Below are positions 1 to 9,530 of a stretch of 64,000 nt of DNA, one piece after another. The translations under genes and the position numbers were made by a program. The stretch is from positions 2,240,001 through 2,304,000 of the forward strand of contig OZ242180.1 of NCBI GenBank assembly GCA_965205485.1, given 5' to 3'. The notes under the pieces were generated by a model. The model saw only the letters and a program-made list of their open reading frames with translations. It was not told the DNA's origin and made no database searches. The number at the start of each line of letters is the position of its first letter. The stretch's first letter is position 1. Origin of the DNA: Candidatus Latescibacterota bacterium (GTDB taxonomy: Bacteria > Latescibacterota > UBA2968 > GCA-2709665).

Positions 1-1130
1 CCCCAGTTGGACTCGTAGTGGCCGGTGATCTCGGACTGCTGGGGCATGATCATCGTGGCGAAGCTGTAGGGGCGGTGGGACGCGAACATCGGCAGGAGTC
101 GCCGGGTCTCGTCGAAGGCTTCGAAATACCCGGGGATGATCTTCATCTGCTCGTATGTAAACGGCATCACCAGATCCGCGCCGAGCGCGAACGGCACCAC
201 GCCGGCCAACAGGCCGTCCTGCCTGCCCATTGGAACGGCCTGCTCCGGCGGCATGAAGCCCTGCGGATAGATATCCACCTGCCGGTCCATACAAGCACCC
301 ATAAGGCTTCTCGTCGTCTCCGAAAGGATCCTACGGTGGGGACGGTGCAGGATGAGATCGTCGTGATTGAAATGATACGGGTCCGTCGCGATAACGTCCT
401 GTGAACGCGCGTCGCGGGCAAGGCGGATGGCGGTCTGCCAGGCATTGTAGTTCCGCTCGGGGATGGCGGGACTGTGCTGGATGCCCACAGTCACGTCGGG
501 ACGGACGTCTTTGATGGCGCTTCGAAGCTCTGAGTGCACCGCTTCCCAGTTTTCAAAGCGGCTTTCCAGCCATTTATACCACAGCGGGTCATCCCAATCC
601 GCAGGCCGGGGAGGCTTGACGCCGGTCCGTTTGTGGAATTCAGCCTCGCAGAAGCCGCAGTAACAGCCGATGGTTCCGTCTCCGAACCCGAGACACGCCT
701 CGTCATTGAGGTGAATTTCACTTGTAGCCTGCCACTGGCAGATTTCCATCAGAAGGGACAGGTAGTGGGTCTTGTTTTCGGGGCGAAAAGGACACAACCA
801 TCGGACCGGCAGTCCGTCCAGATCCAGCACATCGCCATCGCCGGCCATGTGCATCAGCCGGTGGGGTTCTTTCGCCACCAGACGTTCCTGATACTTGATG
901 TACCCGGTGAAGGCGATGAATCCCAGGTCCCGTTCCTCACACATCCGGGCAAGCGCCTCCGACTGCGCCAGCGAAAACCCCTGCTGTTTTACCGCGGGTG
1001 TGACCGCCACCCCCGCACCCACGTCGGTGAATCCTTCGCTGACAATCCGGTCGAGCGTCGACTCGTTCAGCACGACGTCAGGAAAGAGCAACAGCGCCGC
1101 GCGGCGGAGTTTCCGGTCAGGTTCCGGCAT
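1..1130 (-). CDS. GH42-architecture TIM-barrel protein, paralogue 1 (3' end runs off the window; absent from ORF track)
   Basis: Manual translation from ATG 1130 (RBS GGAGGGAGA upstream): MPEPDRKLRRAALL...FTGYIKY...RWLCPFR...EIHLNDEA...GCYCGFC...TDPYH...VDIYPQGF. These motifs are shared with 31932-33947 and 55420-57435. Confidence 0.85.
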   Translation of the reverse strand, partial: MPEPDRKLRRAALLLFPDVVLNESTLDRIVSEGFTDVGAGVAVTPAVKQQGFSLAQSEALARMCEERDLGFIAFTGYIKYQERLVAKEPHRLMHMAGDGDVLDLDGLPVRWLCPFRPENKTHYLSLLMEICQWQATSEIHLNDEACLGFGDGTIGCYCGFCEAEFHKRTGVKPPRPADWDDPLWYKWLESRFENWEAVHSELRSAIKDVRPDVTVGIQHSPAIPERNYNAWQTAIRLARDARSQDVIATDPYHFNHDDLILHRPHRRILSETTRSLMGACMDRQVDIYPQGFMPPEQAVPMGRQDGLLAGVVPFALGADLVMPFTYEQMKIIPGYFEAFDETRRLLPMFASHRPYSFATMIMPQQSEITGHYESNW

Positions 1131-1211
1131 CGGGTTCTCCCTCCATTTATATCGTGGCGACGATTCAGCAATCTGCGGCGCCCGCCTGCTTGCGCACCGT
1201 GGATTCGTTAC

Positions 1212-3227
1212 TCACGACGAGCTCCAATAGCCCATGAACGGCCAGGTTTTCAGCCTCCCTGTAAACGCGCTTACCACCGACCAGCCACCCGAGCACATGA
1301 CCTCTCCCAGGATCATTCCGATAAAGAACGGACGCGCCTTCCTGTAGAGGTCCGCCCCGCCCACCCGAAGAATGATCGCCTTGATTCCCCACGCCAGGAA
1401 CACGCTGAATCCGAACCAGTCCATGTACCACACCGTACTGAGCGGGAGCGCTGCAGGATGGAACGGCCACCACGGCAGACGCATCCTGAGCAGGATAAGC
1501 AGGGCGGCAATCGCTGTGCCCATGGCCGTATAGAGGAAACCCATCGTGAAGACCGGGCTGGGCTCCAGCAGCCGGCGTCCGATAAACTCGTCGAACGGCG
1601 AAGCCGCGTCGTTCACGTTGCTGAACCACGGATAGTCGATGTTCACGCCGCCGTGCGTATACCCCAGATTCAACGTCGTGTAGCCCGTAGCCACCAGCCC
1701 GACGGTCAACGCGGCCCCCATCGCCCAGACCAGGCCGCGCTTCCTTCCGATTTCGCGTGCCAGCCGAAGAGCCCCCATGGCGTGTGGCATCAGCGTATTT
1801 CTGCGCGTCATCGTCCACACGTAGCTCATTCCGAGCGTGGCCAGACCCACCGGACCGAACGCTGACGAGCCCACCGCGCATACCACGAACTCGGACGGAT
1901 TGAGGGGAGAATAGGTCGCGACAAATCCCGTTTCACTCACAATCCGAGCCATCACAAAGAAGACGATGAGACTGGAAACAAGAAGAAACAGAACCAGCGG
2001 CGGCGAAATTCCGGCCTGGTAGAGCCACAATCCGAGGTAACTCACGCCCAGAACAATGCCAAGCACGGCCGACCGGTAGGACACGATTTCGTCCGAGTCC
2101 CGCAGGTGCGACGCACGGCCGCGGACCTGTGCCCATACCTGCCGGAGGTGACCCCTGGCAACGTAGAGGCTGTACGCGGCCAGCGCGAGGATATACCCCA
2201 TTCCCATCAACGCCAGAAACTCGGATCCCTGGGAACTGTAACGTCCCACGACTCCGGACACCCCCCAGGTCTGGCCCGCGCCCACCATCGCCAGCGCGCC
2301 GCGAATCACCTTTGTGACCAGGTTGATGACCCACAGGCTGAGACTCACGTCCAGATTGATGAAGTAGGAATATGCGAGTACAAGGAAGTGGACCTTGAAA
2401 GGCAGCACCATCGTCCGCCGGAAGATTCGGACGTGTGTCCCCAGGTTGATAACGGGAATGTATGGAAAGTAATACCGGAGCCCCCGAAGGGTGCCGACCA
2501 GAGACGGGAGCGCAAACCCGGCGGCCAGCAGACGGCTGCGGAACACGGGGGCGATCCGGCCCTTTCCGGTCTCCAGCATCGCAAGCGGCACCTGCATCAG
2601 GGGGAACGCGAACCGCTCGTGTTCCTCCCATTGCCTGCGCATCAGCACCCCCAGGCAAATGAGCACAATGAAGAGCACGATAAGGAACGACCCCCAGCTC
2701 CACAGCGGCAGGACCCATCCCATCCACGGAATTGTACCCCCTTTTGGCAGGCCTTCGTAGAGGTCCTTGACGACACCTTCCCCCTGAGGAACCAGCCATG
2801 GCAGCATGTTGGGGGGAACGACCTCGATGTGACGCAACTCCGGCGTCGCGTGGTACGTGACGCCGGTCGTGTAGAGGATAACCGGCTTGGTCATCACCCA
2901 CGCGGGCAGGAGAATGAGAAACATGGTGTAGATGGCGAGCAATTCGCCCCGCGTCAGGGCGAACCGGTTCCTGATCGCGCCCAGGAGCGGGTTGACGGCC
3001 ACGACAAGGAGGAACAGGACGATGAGCGCGCCCCGGTCCATGTAGTACCCGCCGCCAATGAACGAGCCCTGGGTGATCATGCGGTTGTAGGTGAGGCCAA
3101 CGCACATGAGTACGCACAGGACGAGACCGATACCGAACGCGCGCGGCGACAGGCCGTCGCGCGCGTCAGATTCTCTGCCAGGCGATCGAGTGGGGGGGTT
3201 CGTGGCTCTCGCGGCCGTGGTTTCCAA
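1212..3227 (-). CDS. DUF6785/DUF6784-type polytopic membrane protein (putative OPT-like importer), paralogue 1
   Basis: 671 aa with many hydrophobic segments; motifs QWEEHERFAFPL and RLPWWPFHP...RPFFIGMILGE; paralogue of 40609-42582. Confidence 0.8.
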   Translation of the reverse strand: METTAARATNPPTRSPGRESDARDGLSPRAFGIGLVLCVLMCVGLTYNRMITQGSFIGGGYYMDRGALIVLFLLVVAVNPLLGAIRNRFALTRGELLAIYTMFLILLPAWVMTKPVILYTTGVTYHATPELRHIEVVPPNMLPWLVPQGEGVVKDLYEGLPKGGTIPWMGWVLPLWSWGSFLIVLFIVLICLGVLMRRQWEEHERFAFPLMQVPLAMLETGKGRIAPVFRSRLLAAGFALPSLVGTLRGLRYYFPYIPVINLGTHVRIFRRTMVLPFKVHFLVLAYSYFINLDVSLSLWVINLVTKVIRGALAMVGAGQTWGVSGVVGRYSSQGSEFLALMGMGYILALAAYSLYVARGHLRQVWAQVRGRASHLRDSDEIVSYRSAVLGIVLGVSYLGLWLYQAGISPPLVLFLLVSSLIVFFVMARIVSETGFVATYSPLNPSEFVVCAVGSSAFGPVGLATLGMSYVWTMTRRNTLMPHAMGALRLAREIGRKRGLVWAMGAALTVGLVATGYTTLNLGYTHGGVNIDYPWFSNVNDAASPFDEFIGRRLLEPSPVFTMGFLYTAMGTAIAALLILLRMRLPWWPFHPAALPLSTVWYMDWFGFSVFLAWGIKAIILRVGGADLYRKARPFFIGMILGEVMCSGGWSVVSAFTGRLKTWPFMGYWSSS

Positions 3228-3263
3228 GGGTGAGTACCTGTACGGAAGTATCGGTGTCGCCGT

Positions 3264-4058
3264 CTACAGCGCCCCGGGAGTCAGGGCTCCCTCTCCGAAG
3301 ATGACCGAGAAGTTCGCTCCCGTTTCGGATCTGGTGGCGGCGTCCATGTAGCAGACGCTGAACCCTCGCCGGGAAGCCTCGGTTTTGTTCATCCCCGATC
3401 CGTGGAGCAGCCAGTTGTGCAGCAGGGCCGCTTCACCGGCTTCCATCTCCAGGTATTCGTGCTTCTCCCTTGCCAGAACGACGGCGGCCTGCTCGTCGGT
3501 CAGGAAGGCGAAGCTGGCGGACGCATCCTGATCGAAGGTCGCGCGATGGGATCGCGGCACGATTCCGACGCAGCCGTTCTCGACCGTCACCCGGTCGAGC
3601 GCCGTCCAGACGGTCACGATCGGATCGGTGTCGAGGATGCTGAACCGGTCCTGGTGCCAGGGCAGGTGCGTGCCCTTCCCCGCCGGCTTGTTCATGAACA
3701 TCGCACGGTAGCAGGATATCGGCGTCTCCGGACCGTAGGCCCTCGCGCAGATCTCGCGGAAAACAGGTTTCTGCATGTAGGACAGGAACAGCGAATCGAA
3801 CTCCAGGTCCTGGATCTTTCGATAGTTCAACGTTGAGACCTGGTGCCCTCTCGTGGTGATCCGCTTCTCCGAGTAGTCGCCCGACTCGCTGTCCAGCTGC
3901 ATGAACATCTGATCGTGGATCTTGACGTTGCCGAGCATGATGTCGTCGATGCGCTGCTGAAGGCCCTCAAGTTCGTCGTCGTCCATCACCTTTCCAAGCC
4001 GAAGAAATCCTTCGTTCTCGAACCGGGCCCATTGTTCGTCGGTGATCCCCACAAGCAT
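3264..4058 (-). CDS. Phytanoyl-CoA dioxygenase (PhyH) family Fe(II)/2OG oxygenase
   Basis: FENEGFL N-terminus, WHQD, distal LLHGS, SRR. Confidence 0.9.
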   Translation of the reverse strand: MLVGITDEQWARFENEGFLRLGKVMDDDELEGLQQRIDDIMLGNVKIHDQMFMQLDSESGDYSEKRITTRGHQVSTLNYRKIQDLEFDSLFLSYMQKPVFREICARAYGPETPISCYRAMFMNKPAGKGTHLPWHQDRFSILDTDPIVTVWTALDRVTVENGCVGIVPRSHRATFDQDASASFAFLTDEQAAVVLAREKHEYLEMEAGEAALLHNWLLHGSGMNKTEASRRGFSVCYMDAATRSETGANFSVIFGEGALTPGAL

Positions 4059-4127
4059 GGCGAGTCCTCCTATGATTCAGATATCACGTGTTCGGGATGA
4101 GATGATGCCGGTTTTCCAATCGTTCAT

Positions 4128-5288
4128 TTACTGGTCGACCACCGACCCGTCGACGTGCAGCCTGGTGACCATCATTCCTTCATCCAGCAGCGGCCGGTGC
4201 GAAAGAAACGGGTATTTCTCCGCGGCGCCTTCCGCGAGTTCCACGCCGATACCGGGGGTATCCGGGATGATCAGGAATCCGTCATCCAGCGCCAGAACGC
4301 CGGACACGATCTCGCTCTTCGGGGGTTCACCTTCGCCCCGCGGGTACTCCTGCAGTGCGAAATTGGGAATGCAGGCAGCAAGCTGAACGCACGCGGCCGT
4401 ACTCACCGGGCTGAGCGGATTGTGCGGCACCACGTCCACGTAGTGCGCCTCGGCGAGGGCCGCGATCTTCTTGCAATGGGTGATGCCGCCCGCCATGCAG
4501 ACGTCCGGCCTTACGTACTGGACCGCGTTTCGCGTCAGGAGCATTTCGAACTCGTAGATGGTGTGAATTCGTTCCCCGGTGGCGATGGGGACCGCGATCT
4601 TCCGGGCGACTTCGGCCATGGCGTCGAGGTTGTCCGGGCGGATGGGATCCTCGTAGAAGAACGGGCGATAGGGTTCGATCGCCCTTCCCAGCACGATCGC
4701 CTCGGCAGGGTCCAGCCGGCGGTGGATTTCAATGCACAGGTCCACCTCGTCGCCAACCGCTTCCCGGTACGCCGCCACGGTCTGGACGGCATCCTGAATC
4801 TTGTCCGTATGGGTCTTGTAATAGGGTACATTTCGGGACTCGTCCAGAAACGGCGTCAGGTGGCCCACGGCGGTAAATCCCTCCGCCTTTGCCTGCACGC
4901 ATCCCTTGAGAAGCTCCTCCTTGGTGCTCCCGATCACGTGGCCGTAGACGCGGGCCTTGTCCCGGCACTTGCCGCCCAGAAGCTGGTAGACCGGTACCCC
5001 GAAAAACTTGCCCGCGATATCCCAGAGGGCGATGTCCACCGCGCTCAGGGCGCCCATGATCGCCGCGCCGCGAAAATGCGTGCAACGGTACAGGACCTGC
5101 CAGTGGTGTTCGATGCGCAGGGGGTCTTTCCCGATCAGATATTCCCTGAAGCTCTTCACCACCTCACCCGAGGCTTCCAGGTATCCCCACGCGCCCGATT
5201 CGCCCAGCCCCACGATCCCCTCGTCCGTATGGACCTCCACAAAGAGATACCGGTCGATCGGCAGGACCTTTACGTCCGTGATTTTCAT
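4128..5288 (-). CDS. dgoD: Enolase-superfamily acid-sugar dehydratase, galactonate dehydratase-like
   Basis: MKITDVK, GESG, SAVDIALWDIAGK, EIHRR, FYEDP, IATGER, VPHNP; exact substrate not certain. Confidence 0.75.
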   Translation of the reverse strand: MKITDVKVLPIDRYLFVEVHTDEGIVGLGESGAWGYLEASGEVVKSFREYLIGKDPLRIEHHWQVLYRCTHFRGAAIMGALSAVDIALWDIAGKFFGVPVYQLLGGKCRDKARVYGHVIGSTKEELLKGCVQAKAEGFTAVGHLTPFLDESRNVPYYKTHTDKIQDAVQTVAAYREAVGDEVDLCIEIHRRLDPAEAIVLGRAIEPYRPFFYEDPIRPDNLDAMAEVARKIAVPIATGERIHTIYEFEMLLTRNAVQYVRPDVCMAGGITHCKKIAALAEAHYVDVVPHNPLSPVSTAACVQLAACIPNFALQEYPRGEGEPPKSEIVSGVLALDDGFLIIPDTPGIGVELAEGAAEKYPFLSHRPLLDEGMMVTRLHVDGSVVDQ

Positions 5289-5340
5289 ATATACATCTCC
5301 TTAAGGTGCTGACGGTAGCTCGTTAGTCGCGGTAGGTGTC

Positions 5341-5510
5341 CTTCAATCCCGTCGGAGCCGATCTTGCATTTCGGGTCGTTTTGTACTATACTTGAAACGG
5401 TAATGAGTCGCGGCAGTGCGTCGTAGGTTTCGTCGGGAGGGAGTGGGGGCTTCAATCCCGAGTAAGGATTGGGCCGATCTTGCTTTTTTTCGCCTGATGT
5501 ACTATACTTT
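5341..5510 (+). promoter_or_regulatory. Two tandem near-consensus sigma70 promoters within a duplicated module
   Basis: TTGCAT(5364-69)-N17-TATACT(5387-92) and TTGCTT(5480-85)-N17-TATACT(5503-08). Both are preceded by CTTCAATCCCG...GCCGATC. Confidence 0.7.
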
Positions 5511-5697
5511 GATCTCCAGCAATGTCAAATTTCAGGCAGGGTTCCAGCAGGCCGAGACGTGAAACCGTCGCTCAATCGTTCACGACACCTCGCTATCTGC
5601 AATGTGATTGGAAGGTCGAGTGGCCGGTTTGGAGCTATTGGAGCGTTTGAATCCTCGGCTGCATTCGCGGGAATTGTGTCAGTTTCAAGGTAACCTT

Positions 5698-5949
5698 ATG
5701 GGGTCGAAAGAGCAACACGATTGACGTGGCGGTCAGGAATTAGTCCACGGCAATCAATGCATTCCGAAAGAAAGTTCGGGCAGTCTGGTCATACCCTGGA
5801 GGCGGAGGATGTGGTAATACGGACCGTCATCACGAGTCAGCTCCAGCCCGCTTTGACTGGTGAGACATAAGTTCCAAGATAACCAGACACCCGAGAATCG
5901 GATGTCCCATCAAGCAACAGAATACGTTGATTCGCTGATTACCTATAAC
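5698..5949 (+). pseudogene. Collapsed relic of a HipA-like (CtkA/HipA_C) Ser/Thr kinase toxin
   Basis: Collinear fragments in three frames: MGSKE (5698), GQELVHGNQ (5731-57), SERKFGQSGHTLE (5763-5801), catalytic loop GNTDRHHE (5813-36), PENRMSHQATEYVDSLITYN (5890-5949); directly upstream of a HIRAN gene. Confidence 0.75.
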
Positions 5950-6030
5950 TTGAAACCTCTTTCAGTATTTTTTCGATTATTGACGAAAGAACCGTTCGAA
6001 CCCTGGATACCTGGCGTGGCGCGACAAAGG

Positions 6031-6762
6031 ATGAGGACTCTTTCTGGCGTGGCAGGACAAAGCACTTGGTTCCCGGTGGGTCGGCTCGATGCCGACGTCA
6101 ATCAGCCGTTGTATCGTTTTCGTTACATCAGAGGGGCGAAACGGGCACAGGCAGAAGCAGGGTTTCCGGAGCTGCTCGAGTTTCCAAACTTGGAAAAAAG
6201 GTACGATTCGCCGCGACTCTTCCCACTCTTTCAGAACCGGGTTATTAACCGGGCGCGACCGGATCTGGCCGATTATCTCAGTTATCTCGACTTGGGTCAG
6301 GGCGCCGATCCCATTGAGATTCTGTCGGCAAGCGGTGGCTCCCGCGTGACAGACGACTACGAGGTTTTCCCTAAACTCGAAAAAGACGAATACGGTAGTT
6401 TCGTCTGCCGTTTCTTCCTGCACGGCTGGCGGCACGTCAATGAATCAGCGCAGGAACGGATCGCGTGCCTTGAAGCTGGCGACGAGCTTTACGTGACGCT
6501 TGAGTTGACCAATCCGAAGACCGGTCTGGCTGTGCAAATCCAGACCGCTGACGACTACTATATGATCGGATGGGCGCCACGCTATCTTGTGGATGATCTG
6601 GTTAAGGCGATGGCTGAGTCGCCCGGCAATTATCGCGCAAGGGTGGTTCGCGTTAATCCGCTACCTGCGCCGTCGAAGCAACGAGTCCTGATCGAGATGA
6701 AGGCTCGTTGGGACGAGCACGAGCCAATGACGGGCGAAGACTTTGTCCCACTTGTCGAGTAA
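6031..6762 (+). CDS. HipA N-terminal (HipS/couple_hipA-like) plus HIRAN domain protein
   Basis: WFPVGRLD..YRFRY..GA, LFPLFQNRV..RPD, C-terminal FFLHGWRH...LEAGDEL..ELTNP....AV...IGWAPRYL. Likely start is ATG 6031, not 5860. Confidence 0.8.
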   Translation: MRTLSGVAGQSTWFPVGRLDADVNQPLYRFRYIRGAKRAQAEAGFPELLEFPNLEKRYDSPRLFPLFQNRVINRARPDLADYLSYLDLGQGADPIEILSASGGSRVTDDYEVFPKLEKDEYGSFVCRFFLHGWRHVNESAQERIACLEAGDELYVTLELTNPKTGLAVQIQTADDYYMIGWAPRYLVDDLVKAMAESPGNYRARVVRVNPLPAPSKQRVLIEMKARWDEHEPMTGEDFVPLVE

Positions 6763-6822
6763 CATGCAAATCTAGATGTTTTCGGAAGCGTATCGATTCA
6801 ACCCACAACAGGGAGACGACGT

Positions 6823-7257
6823 ATGTACAGGGAGCTTTTATTCGGCGGTGCGGAGATCGATTCCGACAAGGCGAATCTGGGACTGGCGATACTGAGGGTG
6901 ATTGCCGGGCTGAGCATGGCATTCGGACACGGCATCGGGAAGATCCCGCCTTCCGCCGGACTCGTGGCGGGTACGGCCAAGCTGGGATTTCCCCTGCCCG
7001 AGTTCTTCGCCTGGGCGGCCGCGTTCGGGGAGTTCGGCGGCGGGTTGCTGCTGGCGCTGGGTCTGCTGACCAGGCCGGGTACGGCCTTCATGGGATTCAC
7101 GATGCTGGTGGCCGCTTTCGGCGTGCACGCGGCCGATCCGTTCGGCAGGAAGGAACTGGCGCTTCTTTACCTGGCCATCGCGGTGATGTTCCTGCTGGTG
7201 GGCTCAGGAAAATACGGCGTGGACGCCTGTATCAGATCGCGAATCAATCGTTCCTGA
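6823..7257 (+). CDS. DoxX family membrane protein
   Basis: GLAILRVIAG..M..GHGIGK, EFGGGLLLALGLLTR, ELALLYL, GSGKYGVD. Confidence 0.9.
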   Translation: MYRELLFGGAEIDSDKANLGLAILRVIAGLSMAFGHGIGKIPPSAGLVAGTAKLGFPLPEFFAWAAAFGEFGGGLLLALGLLTRPGTAFMGFTMLVAAFGVHAADPFGRKELALLYLAIAVMFLLVGSGKYGVDACIRSRINRS

Positions 7258-7305
7258 TTTCAGTGTAAAATTCCCGGATAAGCCACGGTCGGTTCGGTGT
7301 GCCGA

Positions 7306-9408
7306 TCACACCGACGCCAGGGAAAAGGCGTACACCTTGAGGAAGTCCTCGGTGGTCAGATTGACGTCAATTTCCACCGCCTTTCCGTGCTTTCTGACGT
7401 CCTCCAGCGGTTGATCCGACACCAGTTCGCGAACCCCGGCGCATCGTTTGCCTTCCGGCAGCCTGGCTTCGATCCGGAATGCGCCGGGTTCCCTGAAATA
7501 TGACGGCACCGTCACCAGGATCAGGTCCTCGCCCGCCGAAGGCATGATTTCCATGGTCGGCTTCCAGCGGATGTCCAGCGGTCTGACATCCTGCAGCGGC
7601 ACCCTCGGCGGAAAGCCCTTTGCGACCACGGGCAGCCGGTCTCCCACAAGCGACAGAATCAATTGCGCCACCACCTGGCGGGAAAAGCTGAGGACGGTGG
7701 TACCCTCCGGCCTTTGGTCCACCCACCTGGACGGGATGCCCGCCACGAACACGCCGTTACCCCTTCCGAAGCGTTTCAACGTCATCGCCGGTCGTGACGT
7801 CGGGCACCCCTCTTCCTCGAACACCGCCAGCACGTCCGTCTCACCCTCCGTTTCTACCTCTACCGCGAGATCAAGGCCGAGAACCGGGCGGTTCCTGCCC
7901 TTCCAGGGGTCCCACGCGGTTCGTTCATCCGGCCACGGGAGGTTGTCGAACGCCTCGTGGTCGCGCGCAGCCTGGAAGATGCGGGTACCCCCTGCCGGTG
8001 TACACGACGAAATCCCGAATGCCTCGCTGAGAAATGAACCGTTTAACGGGCGTCCCCTCTCGTCCCTCGTAGCGGTCTCACCCATCGCCACCAGTGTACC
8101 GCCTTCGCGCACGTACGCCAGGAGCGCGTCACGCTGGTCGGCTGACAGACACGAGGCATTGGGCAGCACCACAACCGGATAGCGATCGAGGTACTCGGGA
8201 ACCAGCTTCGACGAAGGCAGATACCCGTGTGAAAGACCGAAGTGAGCGGCCATCTGTCCCGTGGAAAACATTCGATTCATGCGCCAGTTCTCACGCCCCC
8301 GTGCGGGCAGCGACTCGTCGCAACACTGCGTTTCCAGGCTGTCCACCACGGCAACGGAGACCACGGGTTCGGTGCGCTCGAAATACGGGTCCAGGCGAAA
8401 CGCCTCCTGAAAGGTCCGGTGCATCGGAGACACCCGCTGTAGCCGGTAGGTATAGGCCGTCACGCGATCCACGCCCAGAGCCGGCGGGACCACGGCCTGC
8501 CACCATCCGTCCCGTTCGTCCAGAGGCCGGTGGAACTCCGGGTGCGACATGCCCTGCCCCAGCATCACGCTCACCTTGTCATCTCCCAGCGTGAAGCCCT
8601 GAAGGAATCGGCAGCACTCGCTAAGGAAAGTTTCGGGAGGTGTAAACAACCCGCTTCCCACGGACGGCAACACGCACGTGTAGTAGGCATCCACGGCCAG
8701 ACCGTCTATGGCTTCGACCATGCCGTCGATGTCCATGCCGCAGACCCATGGGTTGATGTCCCAGAAGGGATGCGGGCCGCTCTGAAATACCGCGCGGACA
8801 CTGTGATCCCGGTTCAGGGCTGTCTTCATCTTTCCGTGCACTTCGTTCCAGCGCCTGAACCGCCAGGTGACCAGGCGCGCTTTCTCGTCCAGGTCCCCGA
8901 ACGGCGGCATGGGGATCCTGCCGCCAAATTCGCCGTCCCAGTCTTCCTGGCAGGTCCGGCAATAGCACGCGATCAGATCCACGTCTCTGCCGAAATACGC
9001 TTCGTCGTTCACCCAGACTTCCGTGAGATTCGGAATACCGCCCAATCGTTCCAGAAAGTCCATATATCGCTTCTGAAACACCTGGTTGTACGGACATCCC
9101 CATACGGCCGGCAGGTTACCCAGTTCCTCGTGGTCCGCATCCTTGCTGAAAACGGCTTTCTGTTCGGGGTGCTCGGCCAGGTGCTGGTAGGCGTATTTCA
9201 TGAATCCGGTGAACGTGGAGACCTCGAGGCCGTATTCCGCCGCTCTCCCGGCCACCTCTTCTACGGCTGCTTCGTGGCCGATTACGGCCGCCACGGTAAC
9301 CTCGTGGTAGCCCAGCTCGGCTACTTCCGGAATCTCGTCCACAAGGGATTCCGGCCGGTTCCGATAGTCCTGCAGGAAAGCGATCCGCTGAATCTTCCGC
9401 TTTTTCAT
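7306..9408 (-). CDS. GH42-architecture protein with beta-galactosidase trimerisation (class I GATase-like) domain, paralogue 2
   Basis: FTGFMKY, WGCPY, EVWVNDEA, ACYCRTC; YPVVVLPNASCLSADQRDALLAYVREGGTLVAMGETATRDERG. Confidence 0.8.
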   Translation of the reverse strand: MKKRKIQRIAFLQDYRNRPESLVDEIPEVAELGYHEVTVAAVIGHEAAVEEVAGRAAEYGLEVSTFTGFMKYAYQHLAEHPEQKAVFSKDADHEELGNLPAVWGCPYNQVFQKRYMDFLERLGGIPNLTEVWVNDEAYFGRDVDLIACYCRTCQEDWDGEFGGRIPMPPFGDLDEKARLVTWRFRRWNEVHGKMKTALNRDHSVRAVFQSGPHPFWDINPWVCGMDIDGMVEAIDGLAVDAYYTCVLPSVGSGLFTPPETFLSECCRFLQGFTLGDDKVSVMLGQGMSHPEFHRPLDERDGWWQAVVPPALGVDRVTAYTYRLQRVSPMHRTFQEAFRLDPYFERTEPVVSVAVVDSLETQCCDESLPARGRENWRMNRMFSTGQMAAHFGLSHGYLPSSKLVPEYLDRYPVVVLPNASCLSADQRDALLAYVREGGTLVAMGETATRDERGRPLNGSFLSEAFGISSCTPAGGTRIFQAARDHEAFDNLPWPDERTAWDPWKGRNRPVLGLDLAVEVETEGETDVLAVFEEEGCPTSRPAMTLKRFGRGNGVFVAGIPSRWVDQRPEGTTVLSFSRQVVAQLILSLVGDRLPVVAKGFPPRVPLQDVRPLDIRWKPTMEIMPSAGEDLILVTVPSYFREPGAFRIEARLPEGKRCAGVRELVSDQPLEDVRKHGKAVEIDVNLTTEDFLKVYAFSLASV

Positions 9409-9530
9409 TGAATCCTCCTGTATAAATATCGGTATTTAACTTGCTCCTGCAGGCAGGTCCGTGGCCGTACTCATTTTGCGGATTGGCCCGTTTCGTGACG
9501 GCGAAATCGCCCGGTAGATCTCCATTTGGT

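Noticed and set aside
5341..5462. TTCAATCCC repeats resembling a CRISPR repeat start
   Set aside because: Only two degenerate copies, no repeat-spacer periodicity and no cas genes; better explained as a REP/promoter duplication
5722..5724. In-frame TGA in the kinase relic as selenocysteine or readthrough
   Set aside because: The surrounding gene has multiple deletions and frameshifts; no SECIS-like context
5860..6030. N-terminal extension of the HIRAN ORF
   Set aside because: Belongs to the kinase relic and spacer; the real start is ATG 6031
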